DNA from: Fibrobacteria bacterium
GTDB lineage: Bacteria > Fibrobacterota > Fibrobacteria > UBA11236
Length of the DNA: 64,000 bases
Assembly (NCBI GenBank): GCA_043745805.1
Contig: JAYTSD010000004.1
Span: forward strand, 32,001 to 96,000
Direction: 5' to 3'
This document shows positions 29,111 to 39,357 of the stretch, piece after piece. Below the pieces are notes generated by a model. That model searched no databases, was not told the DNA's origin, and saw only the letters and a list, made by a program, of their open reading frames with translations. Each line of letters begins with the position of its first letter. Position 1 is the first letter of the stretch. A program made the position numbers and the translations under genes.

Positions 29111-30658
29111 TTATTCCGCTCCTACCCCTAGGTAGCTGCGGATTTTTTCTTCCTCAAATAAAACTTCCGAATTTGGCTCTCGTTTAAGTAAGGACACGCT
29201 AATTCCAGCGATAAAAGCACCGGCCATAGAAAAAAGCCCTGGGTTTTTGAGTGGAAAAATAGGTGTGGCATGTTTAAAAATATCCACCCACACGGTGGGA
29301 CTAAGAATAATCAACGACACCGCTAAAACCAAGCCAGTCACAATACTGGAAATGGCTCCTGCAGTGGTGAAACGTTTCCACATGATAGACAATATCAAGG
29401 CAGGAAAATTAGCACTAGCAGCGACCGCAAAGGCCAAGCCCACCATAAAGGCCACATTTTGTCCTTTAAATAAAATACCTAGAAGAATTGCCAATAGTCC
29501 CAAAATTAAAGTGGCCCATTTCGCCATGCGAACCTGATCTTTTTCATTGGATTGACCTTTTTTAAAAACACCCAAATACAAATCATGAGAAAGAGCCGAT
29601 GCTCCGGCTAATGTTAAACCGGCTACCACAGCCAATATAGTGGCAAAAGCTACCGCAGCTAAAAATCCCAGAAAGACGCTGCCCCCTAAGACTTCCGCAA
29701 GCAGAGGGGCAGCCATGTTACCCCCTTTATCCATACCTCTAATAATGTCTTGTCCCACAAATACCGCTGCACCAAATCCAATGGTGAAAGTAAGTATGTA
29801 GAAGTAACCTATAAATCCGGTTGCGAAGAAAACGGATTTGCGCGCTTCCTTGGCATTAGGTACGGTGTAAAAGCGCATGAGAATATGGGGTAACCCCGCT
29901 GTGCCAAACATCAAAGCCAAGCCGAGAGAGATAGCATCTAGTGGGTTTGCCACTAATCCACCCGGACTTAAAAAACCCGCGCCATATTTTAAAGTTGCTT
30001 CATGAAAAAGCCAGCCATAATTAAAATGAGCTTTGATCAAAACCATAATCACTAATAAAGTGGCGCCTCCCAAAAGTAAACAGGCCTTAATGATTTGTAC
30101 CCAAGTGGTCGCTAACATTCCGCCAAACAATACATAGGCGGTCATCAATACACCCACTACCGCTACCGCCAATTCATAGGGCAATGAAAACATGAGTTTA
30201 ATCAAACTGCCTGCACCCACCATTTGCGCGATCAAATAAAAAAGTACCGTGGTAATGGCCCCTACTGAAGCTGCCACTTTTATTGGTCCTGGATTCAACC
30301 GATAAGCGGTAACATCGGTAAAAGTATATTTCCCTAAATTACGTAAAGGTTCCGCGATTAAACAAAGTACCACCGGCCAACCGACCAAAAATCCAACTGA
30401 ATAAATAAGTCCATCATATCCTTTTAAGGAAACGAGTCCGGCAATTCCCAAGAATGAAGCCGCGCTCATATAATCTCCTGCTAAAGCTAAGCCATTTTGA
30501 AATCCGGTAATGTTGCGGCCTGCGGCATAAAATTCTTTTGCTGTTTTGGTGCGTTTAGCAGCCCAATAGGTAACCCCCAAGGTAAGCAATACAAAAAGTA
30601 AAAAGAAGGCGATGGCAATAGGATTGAGTTGACCAATAACGGTTTGATTAGGTAGCAT
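29111..30658 (-). CDS. actP: Cation/acetate symporter (SSS family)
   Basis: [63 protein letters not shown]. Confidence 0.95.
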   Translation of the reverse strand: MLPNQTVIGQLNPIAIAFFLLFVLLTLGVTYWAAKRTKTAKEFYAAGRNITGFQNGLALAGDYMSAASFLGIAGLVSLKGYDGLIYSVGFLVGWPVVLCLIAEPLRNLGKYTFTDVTAYRLNPGPIKVAASVGAITTVLFYLIAQMVGAGSLIKLMFSLPYELAVAVVGVLMTAYVLFGGMLATTWVQIIKACLLLGGATLLVIMVLIKAHFNYGWLFHEATLKYGAGFLSPGGLVANPLDAISLGLALMFGTAGLPHILMRFYTVPNAKEARKSVFFATGFIGYFYILTFTIGFGAAVFVGQDIIRGMDKGGNMAAPLLAEVLGGSVFLGFLAAVAFATILAVVAGLTLAGASALSHDLYLGVFKKGQSNEKDQVRMAKWATLILGLLAILLGILFKGQNVAFMVGLAFAVAASANFPALILSIMWKRFTTAGAISSIVTGLVLAVSLIILSPTVWVDIFKHATPIFPLKNPGLFSMAGAFIAGISVSLLKREPNSEVLFEEEKIRSYLGVGAE

Positions 30659-30990
30659 TATTTCTCTCCCAATTTATTTTTTATTGCCGCAATAGCAGGA
30701 TCATAAAACTTATTAGCCCAATAAACATAGACACCGGTGATAAGGCAAGAGAGTAGAATAACGCTTATGCCCAAAGGGATTCCCAGGGGAATGTTATCGG
30801 TGACTAAAATACTGAGAACATTTTTTTTAAAAGCCACCATGAAAAGAAAGCCAAAATAAACCAGCATGGTAATTAACGTTAGACCCAAACTAAGCCTTGT
30901 TTTTTTTCGCACCAAATCCTGAAATTCCTGTGACCTCAATATCGGAGGAGAAGCCGTGGATGATGATTTCAATGTTACCGTTTCCTGCAT
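30658..30990 (-). CDS. yjcH: DUF485 inner membrane protein, ActP partner
   Basis: EFQDLVRKK, two TMs, [10 protein letters not shown]; translationally coupled to actP. Confidence 0.9.
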   Translation of the reverse strand: MQETVTLKSSSTASPPILRSQEFQDLVRKKTRLSLGLTLITMLVYFGFLFMVAFKKNVLSILVTDNIPLGIPLGISVILLSCLITGVYVYWANKFYDPAIAAIKNKLGEK

Positions 30991-31162
30991 ATTACCCTCT
31001 TTTCCTCGATCTAAGTATGAGTATTTTCCACCTTAGAACAATCAGCCAAGAGACCACTCACTCAGTTCTAAAAATGAATGCTAGCAACGATAAAAAAAAA
31101 GCCGGTCAATAAACCCTGTTGAGTTTAATAATTTTACCATCGACTCCATTGTTAAAAAAATA

Positions 31163-31193
31163 TTCGAGGTTTCATCCGCTATGCGAGTTTGAA
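31163..31193. repeat. Palindromic element, copy 2 (degenerate)
   Basis: TTCGAGGTTTCATCCGCTATGCGAGTTTGAA, same orientation as copy 1. Confidence 0.65.
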
Positions 31194-31208
31194 GAAGAAT
31201 CCAAGGAC

Positions 31209-31239
31209 AAAAAAAGGGAGGCTTTCGCCTCCCTTTTTT
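31209..31239. terminator. Bidirectional intrinsic terminator downstream of the SH3 gene
   Basis: A-tract, GGGAGGC-tttc-GCCTCCC, T-tract. Confidence 0.9.
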
Positions 31240-31283
31240 AATCTCATGAGTAAAGATTAAAATTCTTTTTTCTTTCTCATTTT

Positions 31284-31742
31284 TTAATTTTCGTCGTAAG
31301 CTCTTTCGACTTGTTCACGATCTTTAGGCTCTACAATTTCATTGCTGAAGCTGCGATCAATAGGCAATGCATTCATATCGGGATTGCCATTATCCAAAAT
31401 GTATACGGCGCTGGGATTATCGAGCCAACCTACCACTTCCACGTCTTTCAAATTATGCGTAGAACCACCAGTTACTTTTACCATCTCAATTGAGCCATTA
31501 TCTACCCAGCCTTTAATTCCTCCATTAGTTTTAACCAAGGAGCGGGCTTTGCCTTCTTTAACCATATTCACTTCATCGCCAGAAGTTAATTCACCTGCTT
31601 TTTCAGATGCATCACTGGATTCACTTTTATATACCACCGCACCACCTGATTTAACACGCGTTACTGAAGTCGTAGTTGTAGCTGATTTTGCAAAATTAAT
31701 GGAGACTATGGCCAAGACCAAAATAGTGATAAATTTTTTCAT
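31284..31742 (-). CDS. Secreted bacterial SH3 (SH3b)-like domain protein
   Basis: Signal peptide MKKFITILVLAIVSINFA; GELTSGDEVNMVKE...VKTNGGIKGWV. Confidence 0.75.
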   Translation of the reverse strand: MKKFITILVLAIVSINFAKSATTTTSVTRVKSGGAVVYKSESSDASEKAGELTSGDEVNMVKEGKARSLVKTNGGIKGWVDNGSIEMVKVTGGSTHNLKDVEVVGWLDNPSAVYILDNGNPDMNALPIDRSFSNEIVEPKDREQVERAYDEN

Positions 31743-31926
31743 AAATCCTTCCCGAAAAATCCTTTGTTCAGCAATATATAGTCAAAAATACAAAATCACA
31801 AGCTCTATTGTGGTTCTTAAAATTCATTGTCCCATTTTACTTTAAAAATCACTTTAAGTCCCCATTCAAAAAGTCTGAAATCGAGTGAATTAAGGCTTGA
31901 GTTTGCCTAATATCAAACAATTCCAG

Positions 31927-31956
31927 TAGACATAAAAAATACAAGAACGGTATAAT
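31927..31956 (+). promoter_or_regulatory. Sigma70-type promoter of the motor/polysaccharide operon
   Basis: TAGACA-18 bp-TATAAT, 37 nt upstream of the ATG at 31994. Confidence 0.6.
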
Positions 31957-31993
31957 CTTTAAAAAATAAAATCCCTAGGCATAAAGGTGTTCT

Positions 31994-32650
31994 ATGCAAT
32001 TCTTGATGAAGATCGCAAAATTTGTACAAGAAGGTGGTCCTGTTGAATATATGATTCTGGGCCTCCTCGCTTTAGGATTCTCCATAATGGGAGAGCGCAT
32101 TTGGTTTTTTTATGTTAAATGTCGGATCAACTCCAAACAATTGCTGGCTGATGTCACCGCACTCATTCGCAAAGAAAAACCAATGGATGCCAGAAAGCTT
32201 TGCAGCCAAACTAAAACACCCTTAGGATATATTCTCGAAGCAGGTATTTGGAAATTCGAACAAGCCGGTTCGCCACAAGAAATAAAAGATGCCGTGGAAG
32301 AAGTGGCTTTACGAGAAATACCTCGCTTACAAAAACGCACGCATTATTTAGGCTTGCTCGCCAATCTATGTACTCTGGTAGGATTGCTCGGAACTATTTT
32401 TGGATTGCAAGAAGCTTTTTCCGCTTTAGAAGCGGCCGACCCTTCCCAAAAGAGTAAACTTTTAGCGCGTGGTATCACCTTAGCACTTAATGCCACGGCC
32501 TTAGGATTAATGTCGGCAATGATATGCATGTCTGCCTTTTCCTATTTGGGCGCACGCTCCAACTTTCTATTAGAACAGGTCGATGAAACGGTTTTGCGCT
32601 TACTGAATTTTTTAAATGCGCAAAAAAAACCGCTTGTGGAAAAGCCCTAG
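31994..32650 (+). CDS. MotA/TolQ/ExbB proton channel protein (AglR-like)
   Basis: Three TMs; LANLCTLVGLLGTIFGL, DPSQK, GITLALNATALGL. Confidence 0.93.
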   Translation: MQFLMKIAKFVQEGGPVEYMILGLLALGFSIMGERIWFFYVKCRINSKQLLADVTALIRKEKPMDARKLCSQTKTPLGYILEAGIWKFEQAGSPQEIKDAVEEVALREIPRLQKRTHYLGLLANLCTLVGLLGTIFGLQEAFSALEAADPSQKSKLLARGITLALNATALGLMSAMICMSAFSYLGARSNFLLEQVDETVLRLLNFLNAQKKPLVEKP

Positions 32651-32662
32651 TCGGAATTTCCT

Positions 32663-33142
32663 TTGAGATCTAAAAGCCACAGCTCCCGCGAAAGCGCTAT
32701 CCCAGCGGAGCCAATTGATTTAGATATGACACCTATGATGAATATGCTCATCATTTTAATCTCCTTTCTAGTCACCATGGTAGTCTTTACGCATCTTGCA
32801 GTAATCAAATTTAGTCTTCCTCCTGGGCAAGGCAATGCGGCAGCCGATACGAGTACTGCACCTAAAGGTGCGGAAGTAGATATTACGGTTTTGGTTTCGG
32901 AAGAAGGTTATCGCATTATTGGCGAGGGACGCAAACTCGATCCCATTCCAAAAAATAAAGGCCAATATGATTTACCCACCTTAGGTAAATATTTGCAAAA
33001 ATTAAAAGAAGAATTTGCAACTGCCGAAACCGTGGTGTTACTCATAGATACCTCAGTTATTTATCAAGATGTAATTTCCACTATGGATCAATGCCGCGAA
33101 AGCAAATTTCCAAAAATACTTTTATCCGGTGGTTTTGAATGA
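32663..33142 (+). CDS. ExbD/TolR family protein 1 (Asn at the conserved TM Asp position)
   Basis: DLDMTPMMNMLIILISFLV; C-terminal YQDVISTMD..R. Confidence 0.88.
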   Translation: MRSKSHSSRESAIPAEPIDLDMTPMMNMLIILISFLVTMVVFTHLAVIKFSLPPGQGNAAADTSTAPKGAEVDITVLVSEEGYRIIGEGRKLDPIPKNKGQYDLPTLGKYLQKLKEEFATAETVVLLIDTSVIYQDVISTMDQCRESKFPKILLSGGFE

Positions 33143-33621
33143 GTTTAAAGCGTCGGAAAACAACTGAAGCTATTAAACCGCAAATGACATCTTTAGTCGA
33201 TGTCCTTACAGTTTTAGTTTTTTTTCTATTAAAAAACTTTTCTACCGAAGGCGATATATTAACGCCTTCCAAAAATCTGGAATTACCTGTAAGCACTGCC
33301 ATTGCGAGGCCCGAAAAAGTTTTAACTATATCCATTAGTCGTGAAAATATTCTAGCGGATGGCCAAGCCATCGCGTCGGTAGGAGAAGAAGCGGCACGCA
33401 AAGACATTAATATCCCAGCTTTAGCGGAATGGTTAATAGAGCAAAGAAAAAATACCGAAGAGATTGCTCAATACGATGCTAATGTGAGTTTCAAAGGGGA
33501 TTTAGTGATTCAAGGCGATAAACAAATCCCGTACTGGTTACTACAAAAAGTACTGCATACCTGCGGAGAAAATGGATATGGTTCTTTTTCCTTAGCCGTA
33601 TTACAAAAAAATGATGGATAA
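33139..33621 (+). CDS. ExbD/TolR family protein 2 (AglS-like)
   Basis: QMTSLVDVLTVLVFFLLKNFS, LELPVS, IQGDKQIPY..LQKVLHTC..GY. Confidence 0.88.
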   Translation: MSLKRRKTTEAIKPQMTSLVDVLTVLVFFLLKNFSTEGDILTPSKNLELPVSTAIARPEKVLTISISRENILADGQAIASVGEEAARKDINIPALAEWLIEQRKNTEEIAQYDANVSFKGDLVIQGDKQIPYWLLQKVLHTCGENGYGSFSLAVLQKNDG

Positions 33622-34627
33622 AGAAACCGAAAAAACCAAGGTGCAAAACTATCGGGGAGGAATATTCGATCAAATCGACACGCCGGCAATAATCAGTTTT
33701 TTCATTTGTTTACTTTTATTCATCCTTTTGATTTTAGGTGTACATTCCATTGATTATAAACCTTTAGAAAAAGCGACCTTAGATAATATTTCCGATCGTG
33801 TAGCAAAAATTTTAGTTCCCCAAAGGCTCGCAAAAAAAAAATCAGCGACACCCTTAGCTAAATCAACCGTAACACGTAATTCCAAAAACCATGAAACGTC
33901 GAGTCCATCCGGAACGCAAAATGCAGCGTTAAATCGTATTGAGCGCTCGCGTAAAAGCGTACAATCACAAATCACCCACACACAAGAACGCATAACTAAA
34001 GCCGCGGTATTAAACATATTATCGGGAAGTGGGCCGGGCACACAAGGTCCAAGCGTAGGACATAGTCGCAAAAGTAATACGCAGGATGAATGGGGAAACT
34101 TAGACCAAAAGTTAAACTCGATTGAAGGTTTAACTAAAGTAGATGCGAAGCATGGGAGCATTAATCGTGACGGCTATAGCGCAAATGCCTTAAATGAAGA
34201 TGAGGCAAAAACTTCTGCAATAGAGCATTTAGCTAAAGGATTTAAAAACGCCAAAGTAAGTAGCATTGCAAAAATTGGAAGCCTAGAAGTTGAAAAACCA
34301 GAAATTTTGGGAAAATCTGCACGTTATACTGGAAACCGTGACTTGCAGGAAGTGGCTGCATTTATTGGGCGAAATCAAGGTGCTGTGAGTTTGCTCTATG
34401 AAGAGAAATTAAAAATCAATCCCAGTTTAGAAGGTAAAATCACTTTAGTCATCACCATTGAAGCCGATGGAAGAGTTTCTACGGTAAGAATTTTAAATAG
34501 TGAAACAACCTTGAATGATACTGGTTTTCAAAACGATTTAATTAGGAGAATAAAGAGTTGGGTTTTTCCACCCGCAACGGGAGGCCCTTTGGAAATGAAA
34601 TCGCCATTTATCTTTAAACCGGTTTAA
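33611..34627 (+). CDS. TonB/TolA-like energy transducer with an AgmX/PglI(GltG)-type C-terminal domain
   Basis: Single N-terminal TM, low-complexity linker, C-terminal LYEEKLKINPSLEGKITLVITIEADGRV...IRRIKSWVFP. Confidence 0.82.
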   Translation: MMDKETEKTKVQNYRGGIFDQIDTPAIISFFICLLLFILLILGVHSIDYKPLEKATLDNISDRVAKILVPQRLAKKKSATPLAKSTVTRNSKNHETSSPSGTQNAALNRIERSRKSVQSQITHTQERITKAAVLNILSGSGPGTQGPSVGHSRKSNTQDEWGNLDQKLNSIEGLTKVDAKHGSINRDGYSANALNEDEAKTSAIEHLAKGFKNAKVSSIAKIGSLEVEKPEILGKSARYTGNRDLQEVAAFIGRNQGAVSLLYEEKLKINPSLEGKITLVITIEADGRVSTVRILNSETTLNDTGFQNDLIRRIKSWVFPPATGGPLEMKSPFIFKPV

Positions 34628-34631
34628 TATT

Positions 34632-35543
34632 ATGCCCTTTAGCAAATCAACTTATAATCTGACATTAGTATATTCATTAATGCTATTGATATTTAATAGT
34701 ATGCCCTTATCGGCTGCCGTCATTAAAGCGGGAATGACGCTAAGTATTGTGGTTAAAAATGATCCTGCCCTTTCCCAAATGGTAAAAGTTCAAGATAATG
34801 GCACGATTGATTATCCTTTGTATCAAGACGCTTCCGTGATTGATAAAACTACTAGTGAATTACAAGATTTATTAACTTATAAATTAGCCAAAGTGGTAGA
34901 CGCACCCTTAGTTTTAGTAACGCTACTGAATGAAGTCCCAATTAGTATTTATGTATTGGGACAAGTTAAAAAACCGGGTTTAGTTAATGTTTCGTCAAAA
35001 GCCAGTTTGCAAGAAGTGTTATTGTCCGCCTTAGGAACTACCGAACAAGCAGACTTACAAAAAATAAAAGTCGTTCACAAAAACCAAGGTGATGAAAATG
35101 CGAGTTTTTATGATTTGCAAAAATTTTTGAATTCAGGCGATTTAAATCTCCTACCAACTATACTCGATGGAGACAGAGTCATAGTACTCTCCAGCAAAAA
35201 ATCAAAGTATGTGAAAGTGTTAGGAGCTGTGGTAAAACCAGGTTTTTATCCAATTACCGAAAGTGCTTCCGTTTTTGATATGCTTTATTTAGCAGGTGGG
35301 CCTAGTCCTGAAGCGAATTTAAATAAAGTAAGAATTATTGGCGGTGCCCCTAATTTAGATTTTTTACTCGATATGCAAAAATTTATCGATGAAGGAAAAA
35401 CCGCTAATTTACCTTTGTTAAATGAAGGCGATGTCATTATTGTCTATAACAAAACCTTTACTTGGTCCAAAAGTTTAGAAGTGGTACGCGATTTAGTGAC
35501 CTTAGTTACGGCATGGTTTGTCATTTCACAGGTGATTAAATAA
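34632..35543 (+). CDS. Polysaccharide export (OPX/Wza-like) protein with SLBB domains
   Basis: VQDNGTIDYPL..KTTSELQ (Poly_export), two VLGxVxKPG SLBB repeats, amphipathic C-terminal helix. Confidence 0.88.
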   Translation: MPFSKSTYNLTLVYSLMLLIFNSMPLSAAVIKAGMTLSIVVKNDPALSQMVKVQDNGTIDYPLYQDASVIDKTTSELQDLLTYKLAKVVDAPLVLVTLLNEVPISIYVLGQVKKPGLVNVSSKASLQEVLLSALGTTEQADLQKIKVVHKNQGDENASFYDLQKFLNSGDLNLLPTILDGDRVIVLSSKKSKYVKVLGAVVKPGFYPITESASVFDMLYLAGGPSPEANLNKVRIIGGAPNLDFLLDMQKFIDEGKTANLPLLNEGDVIIVYNKTFTWSKSLEVVRDLVTLVTAWFVISQVIK

Positions 35544-35544
35544 T

Positions 35545-37683
35545 ATGGTTAGTCATGGTAAAAAGGAATTAGGACTTGGTGATTACGTTAACCTAGTCAA
35601 TAAGAACAAGTATGTTCTTGTCCTAAGCATTATTTCCTTTATGTTACCGACATGGTATTTTATTCATAAAGTACCCGATTATTTTATTGCAAGTAGTCAA
35701 ATCGTAATGGATGAGAAAAAGAATAATCTCATGCTTACCGAAGAACCTGCCATGCAAAAAAATATTGGCTATTATCGTGCAATATTTCAAAGCCAAGCTT
35801 TTCTTGATAAATTACAAGAGTCGCTATCCAAAGAATTAGATAAGGCTAAGGTTAAAACGAATCGTCACACTTACTTACTTGGGCATATCACCATGGAGGA
35901 AGGTAGTTTTGAATCATTCCTTTCAATAAAAAGCAAAACCCCTTCCCCGCAACTCAGCTATGCCTTAACTAAAACGGCTACCGATAGCCTCATTATCTTT
36001 TGTCGTAAAGTGGAAAATGAAGAAGTAGAAAATGCAGTGACGGCTATCCGTGAGCAAATTGAAATTTGTGTACGTAAACGAGACGATATTCAAAAAGAAA
36101 AAAATCTTTATACTGATGCCACGCAATTAGCAAATTTGGGAGACATGGCTGGCTTGAATGCCTTAGAAAAAAACTACCAAGAAGAACTGGTGAAGCTGGA
36201 ATTAGATAAAGCCAATTTAGAAGCTAAAAAAAATTATTTTCATGGACTGGATCAAGCTGTCAATAAGTCTTCGCAAGGACCAAATGATTCGGCACTTTTG
36301 GAATATCGCAAACAATTACATATTTTAGAAAAAGAAAAAGAAAAAATGTTACGTATGGGAATTCCCGTCTCCGCTGAAAGTAAAATCACTATTGATTTAC
36401 AAGCCGCTGAAGAAAAAATTGTGCGCCTCAGCAAAAAAAATGAACCGCAAGATTTAAATCTCCTTAATCAATGGCAAGGTACACGTAAAGAAGTGGTTGC
36501 TAGCGAAGCCGAATTGCAAATGAAAAAAGCCCGGCTCGATGCCTTTAAGCGGGCAATAGTCAACTATCGCCAAAACCATCCGGATTTAGGAAAACAAGAA
36601 ATTGAAATCCAACAGCTTGATGCTTTGCTTGAACGCTATCGCGAAACGCATAAACGCTTAACGGAAAGATTAGAAGATGCAGTTATTCATTTGCAAAGTA
36701 AATCGGGAGGCTTAAAACTTGTGGATGCTGCTCAAGTCCCTACAGATCCTATTCCAAGACGCGACTTGGTGTTCTATCTCATATCTTTGCTTATTGGCTT
36801 AGCTGCAGGCATTGCATTAGGTTTAGTTCGTGAATTTATGGACGACAGTGTAAAATCTCCGGATGATGTTGAAAAACGCTTAGGACTTACTTTATTGGGA
36901 ACTATTCCCCATGTTACCGTCAAAAAAACGGATATTGAAATTCGTCGTAACTTTAAAAAGGACAATCGTACCACTATCAATAATAAATATCCTGAATTAT
37001 TATTAAGCGCCGAAAATCAAGAAAGTATTGTAGCCGAAGCCTATCGTTCCTTAAGAACCAATATCGTTTTTGCCAGCCCCGATAAAACTATTCAAACCTT
37101 ATTAATTAGTAGCAGTGGACCGGGCGAAGGAAAATCACTCACCATGGCCAATACGGCTTTAACCTTTGCGCAACAAGGCGAGCCTACTTTAATTATTGAC
37201 ACCGATTTACGTCGTCCAGTGACACATCATCTTTTTGGATTTGACCGAGGTCCGGGTTTTGGGGAATTATTTGCAGGTTCACGTACTCTCGATGAGGTAA
37301 TACGCAAGGTACCTGGAACTAATTTAAATTTAATCACCGCGGGTGCTTATACGCCTAATCCAGCTGAACTATTAGGTTCAAAAAAAATGGATAGTTTATT
37401 AGAAGAATTAAAAAAGCGTTTTCGTTTTATCCTTTTTGATACGCCTCCGGTTATCGCCGTAACCGATGCCTGTATTTTAGCCACCAAGGTAGATGGGGCG
37501 GTCATTGTGATCCGTGCGGGAAAAACAAGCTTAGCCGTTAGCGAAAGAACATTACAAAGTTTAAGGAATGTAAATGGCAAAGTACTAGGATGTATTTTAA
37601 ATGATGTGGATTTAACTAAAGGCTATAGCTCTTATGGATATTATAAACATTATTATCACAATTACGTCACCAAAAAAGATTAA
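35545..37683 (+). CDS. wzc: Polysaccharide co-polymerase / BY-kinase
   Basis: Two TMs around a coiled coil, EAYRSLRTN, Walker A GPGEGKS, IDTDLRRP, FDTPP, Tyr tail GYSSYGYYKHYYHNY. Confidence 0.95.
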   Translation: MVSHGKKELGLGDYVNLVNKNKYVLVLSIISFMLPTWYFIHKVPDYFIASSQIVMDEKKNNLMLTEEPAMQKNIGYYRAIFQSQAFLDKLQESLSKELDKAKVKTNRHTYLLGHITMEEGSFESFLSIKSKTPSPQLSYALTKTATDSLIIFCRKVENEEVENAVTAIREQIEICVRKRDDIQKEKNLYTDATQLANLGDMAGLNALEKNYQEELVKLELDKANLEAKKNYFHGLDQAVNKSSQGPNDSALLEYRKQLHILEKEKEKMLRMGIPVSAESKITIDLQAAEEKIVRLSKKNEPQDLNLLNQWQGTRKEVVASEAELQMKKARLDAFKRAIVNYRQNHPDLGKQEIEIQQLDALLERYRETHKRLTERLEDAVIHLQSKSGGLKLVDAAQVPTDPIPRRDLVFYLISLLIGLAAGIALGLVREFMDDSVKSPDDVEKRLGLTLLGTIPHVTVKKTDIEIRRNFKKDNRTTINNKYPELLLSAENQESIVAEAYRSLRTNIVFASPDKTIQTLLISSSGPGEGKSLTMANTALTFAQQGEPTLIIDTDLRRPVTHHLFGFDRGPGFGELFAGSRTLDEVIRKVPGTNLNLITAGAYTPNPAELLGSKKMDSLLEELKKRFRFILFDTPPVIAVTDACILATKVDGAVIVIRAGKTSLAVSERTLQSLRNVNGKVLGCILNDVDLTKGYSSYGYYKHYYHNYVTKKD

Positions 37684-37743
37684 TGCTTCTTGCGCATTCT
37701 TTGCACAAGTTTTAATAACCAATTGATATAGGTCACTCACGAT

Positions 37744-39357
37744 ATGCAGGAACAACTCCGAAAAATTCTTTGGAATTGTTTTCATTTCTTTTTTTCCAAT
37801 ATTTTAAGTTTTGGATTAGGGCTAGTGGCTTCCGTAGTGATGGCACGTACCTTAGGACCCAATGATTTAGGAATATATCATCAAGTGGCCTGGTTTTCGG
37901 GAACGGTTTCCGTGATAATTTCCTTAGGATTTATTACATCCATCACAAAATTTACGGCTCAGTATAAAGCGGCTGGACAAACCGCACGTATTGGAGCGGC
38001 CATTCGTTTTATTTTTATAGTAGAAGGGGGCATGGCGCTTGTTTCTACCCTTGGACTACTACTATTTGCCTCACATATTGCAGACTACTATTTCAATCCC
38101 AAACAAGTATGGCTTTTTAGTTTGTCTTTTATTGCCATTACACCGGGCATACAAACGGCAATTTTTTCTGCTACCTTAGAAGGAGCGCAAATTTTTAAAT
38201 ATCAAACCGTACATGCCTTTACGGTTACTCCTTTGGCAATCATTACCAAAGTCTATTTATTAATTAATCATTATGGATTAATCTCCTTATTCTGGTGCAA
38301 TTTAGCCTTTGCGGTGATTAATCTCAGTTTTTTTTATTGGGCCGTAAAGCGCGAAGGTCTATTACAAAATTGGCGCAACCCCAAAGAAATTGAAAGCGAT
38401 GTACGAAAAGAAATCTGGAAATATAATCGCTCATTAATTGGCATTCATTTTTTAGATCTCATTGTTTGGTCGCGTTCCGAAAATTATTTTTTAGGTCGCT
38501 TTTGCGCCGCCCCCCAAATTGCCTATTACAATCTCGCTCAAAATTTGGTTGCAAAATTAACCGGTTTAATTCCCACCCTGATGTGGAAATTATTGTTACC
38601 CTTAACCGCTGCACAACATGGACGATCCGAACATGAAAAGCTCCATCGTACATTTACGCAATCATTGCGTATCTCAGGGCTTGCCGCTTTTCCCACCATC
38701 GTAACTTGCTTTATTTCCGCTTATGAATTAATTATAATTTTTTTTGGCCATGAATATTCCGAAGTAAAAAACTGCTTTCAAGTACTCTGTATTGGCGCCT
38801 TATTTACCTCCCTCACACAAGCAGGATCTGCGGCTATCTACGCCAGTAATCGGCAAAAATTTATTCTTTATTATGGCAGTGTCTTGGCGGTTTTAAATTT
38901 AGGATTGAATTTTTATATCATTCCCAAATATGGTGCTATGGGTGCATCTATAAGTTACAGCTTAACTACTACCCTCGGAGTATTAGGAGGTTTTATTTTT
39001 ACTACGCAACAAATGCATTTAAAATTACCTTGGCGGGCTTGGCTAAAATGCGCCTTAGCTTCGGTAATTATGGCTGTGGTGCTAAGTAAATGTTTACATC
39101 AAGAATTTCTATTTTTTCATATTTTTGATTCTTTGCAAGTTTATTTAAAAAATCATATTGGCCATGATTTACATTATTTGCTAGGCGCTCGCACCGTACG
39201 TTTTGCATGCTCAATTTTCATCGCCATTTTAGTATATATTGTCGGAATTCTATTATTATTTCGCCCCAATGCGGATGACTTAAAAATGTTACATGCTTTA
39301 CAAAAAATATTTCCTAGAATTAATTTACGTATGCTTTATCGTAAAAAGGAAATATAA
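37744..39357 (+). CDS. wzx: Polysaccharide flippase (MOP family)
   Basis: ARTLGPNDLGIY, 12-14 TMs, YYNLAQ, IIPKYGAMGA. Confidence 0.9.
   Translation: MQEQLRKILWNCFHFFFSNILSFGLGLVASVVMARTLGPNDLGIYHQVAWFSGTVSVIISLGFITSITKFTAQYKAAGQTARIGAAIRFIFIVEGGMALVSTLGLLLFASHIADYYFNPKQVWLFSLSFIAITPGIQTAIFSATLEGAQIFKYQTVHAFTVTPLAIITKVYLLINHYGLISLFWCNLAFAVINLSFFYWAVKREGLLQNWRNPKEIESDVRKEIWKYNRSLIGIHFLDLIVWSRSENYFLGRFCAAPQIAYYNLAQNLVAKLTGLIPTLMWKLLLPLTAAQHGRSEHEKLHRTFTQSLRISGLAAFPTIVTCFISAYELIIIFFGHEYSEVKNCFQVLCIGALFTSLTQAGSAAIYASNRQKFILYYGSVLAVLNLGLNFYIIPKYGAMGASISYSLTTTLGVLGGFIFTTQQMHLKLPWRAWLKCALASVIMAVVLSKCLHQEFLFFHIFDSLQVYLKNHIGHDLHYLLGARTVRFACSIFIAILVYIVGILLLFRPNADDLKMLHALQKIFPRINLRMLYRKKEI

Noticed and set aside
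31994-34627. Calling the motor a standard TonB uptake or Tol-Pal system
   Set aside because: No TonB-dependent receptor or tolB/pal is adjacent, there are two dissimilar ExbD paralogs, and the transducer has a PglI/AgmX-type C-domain.
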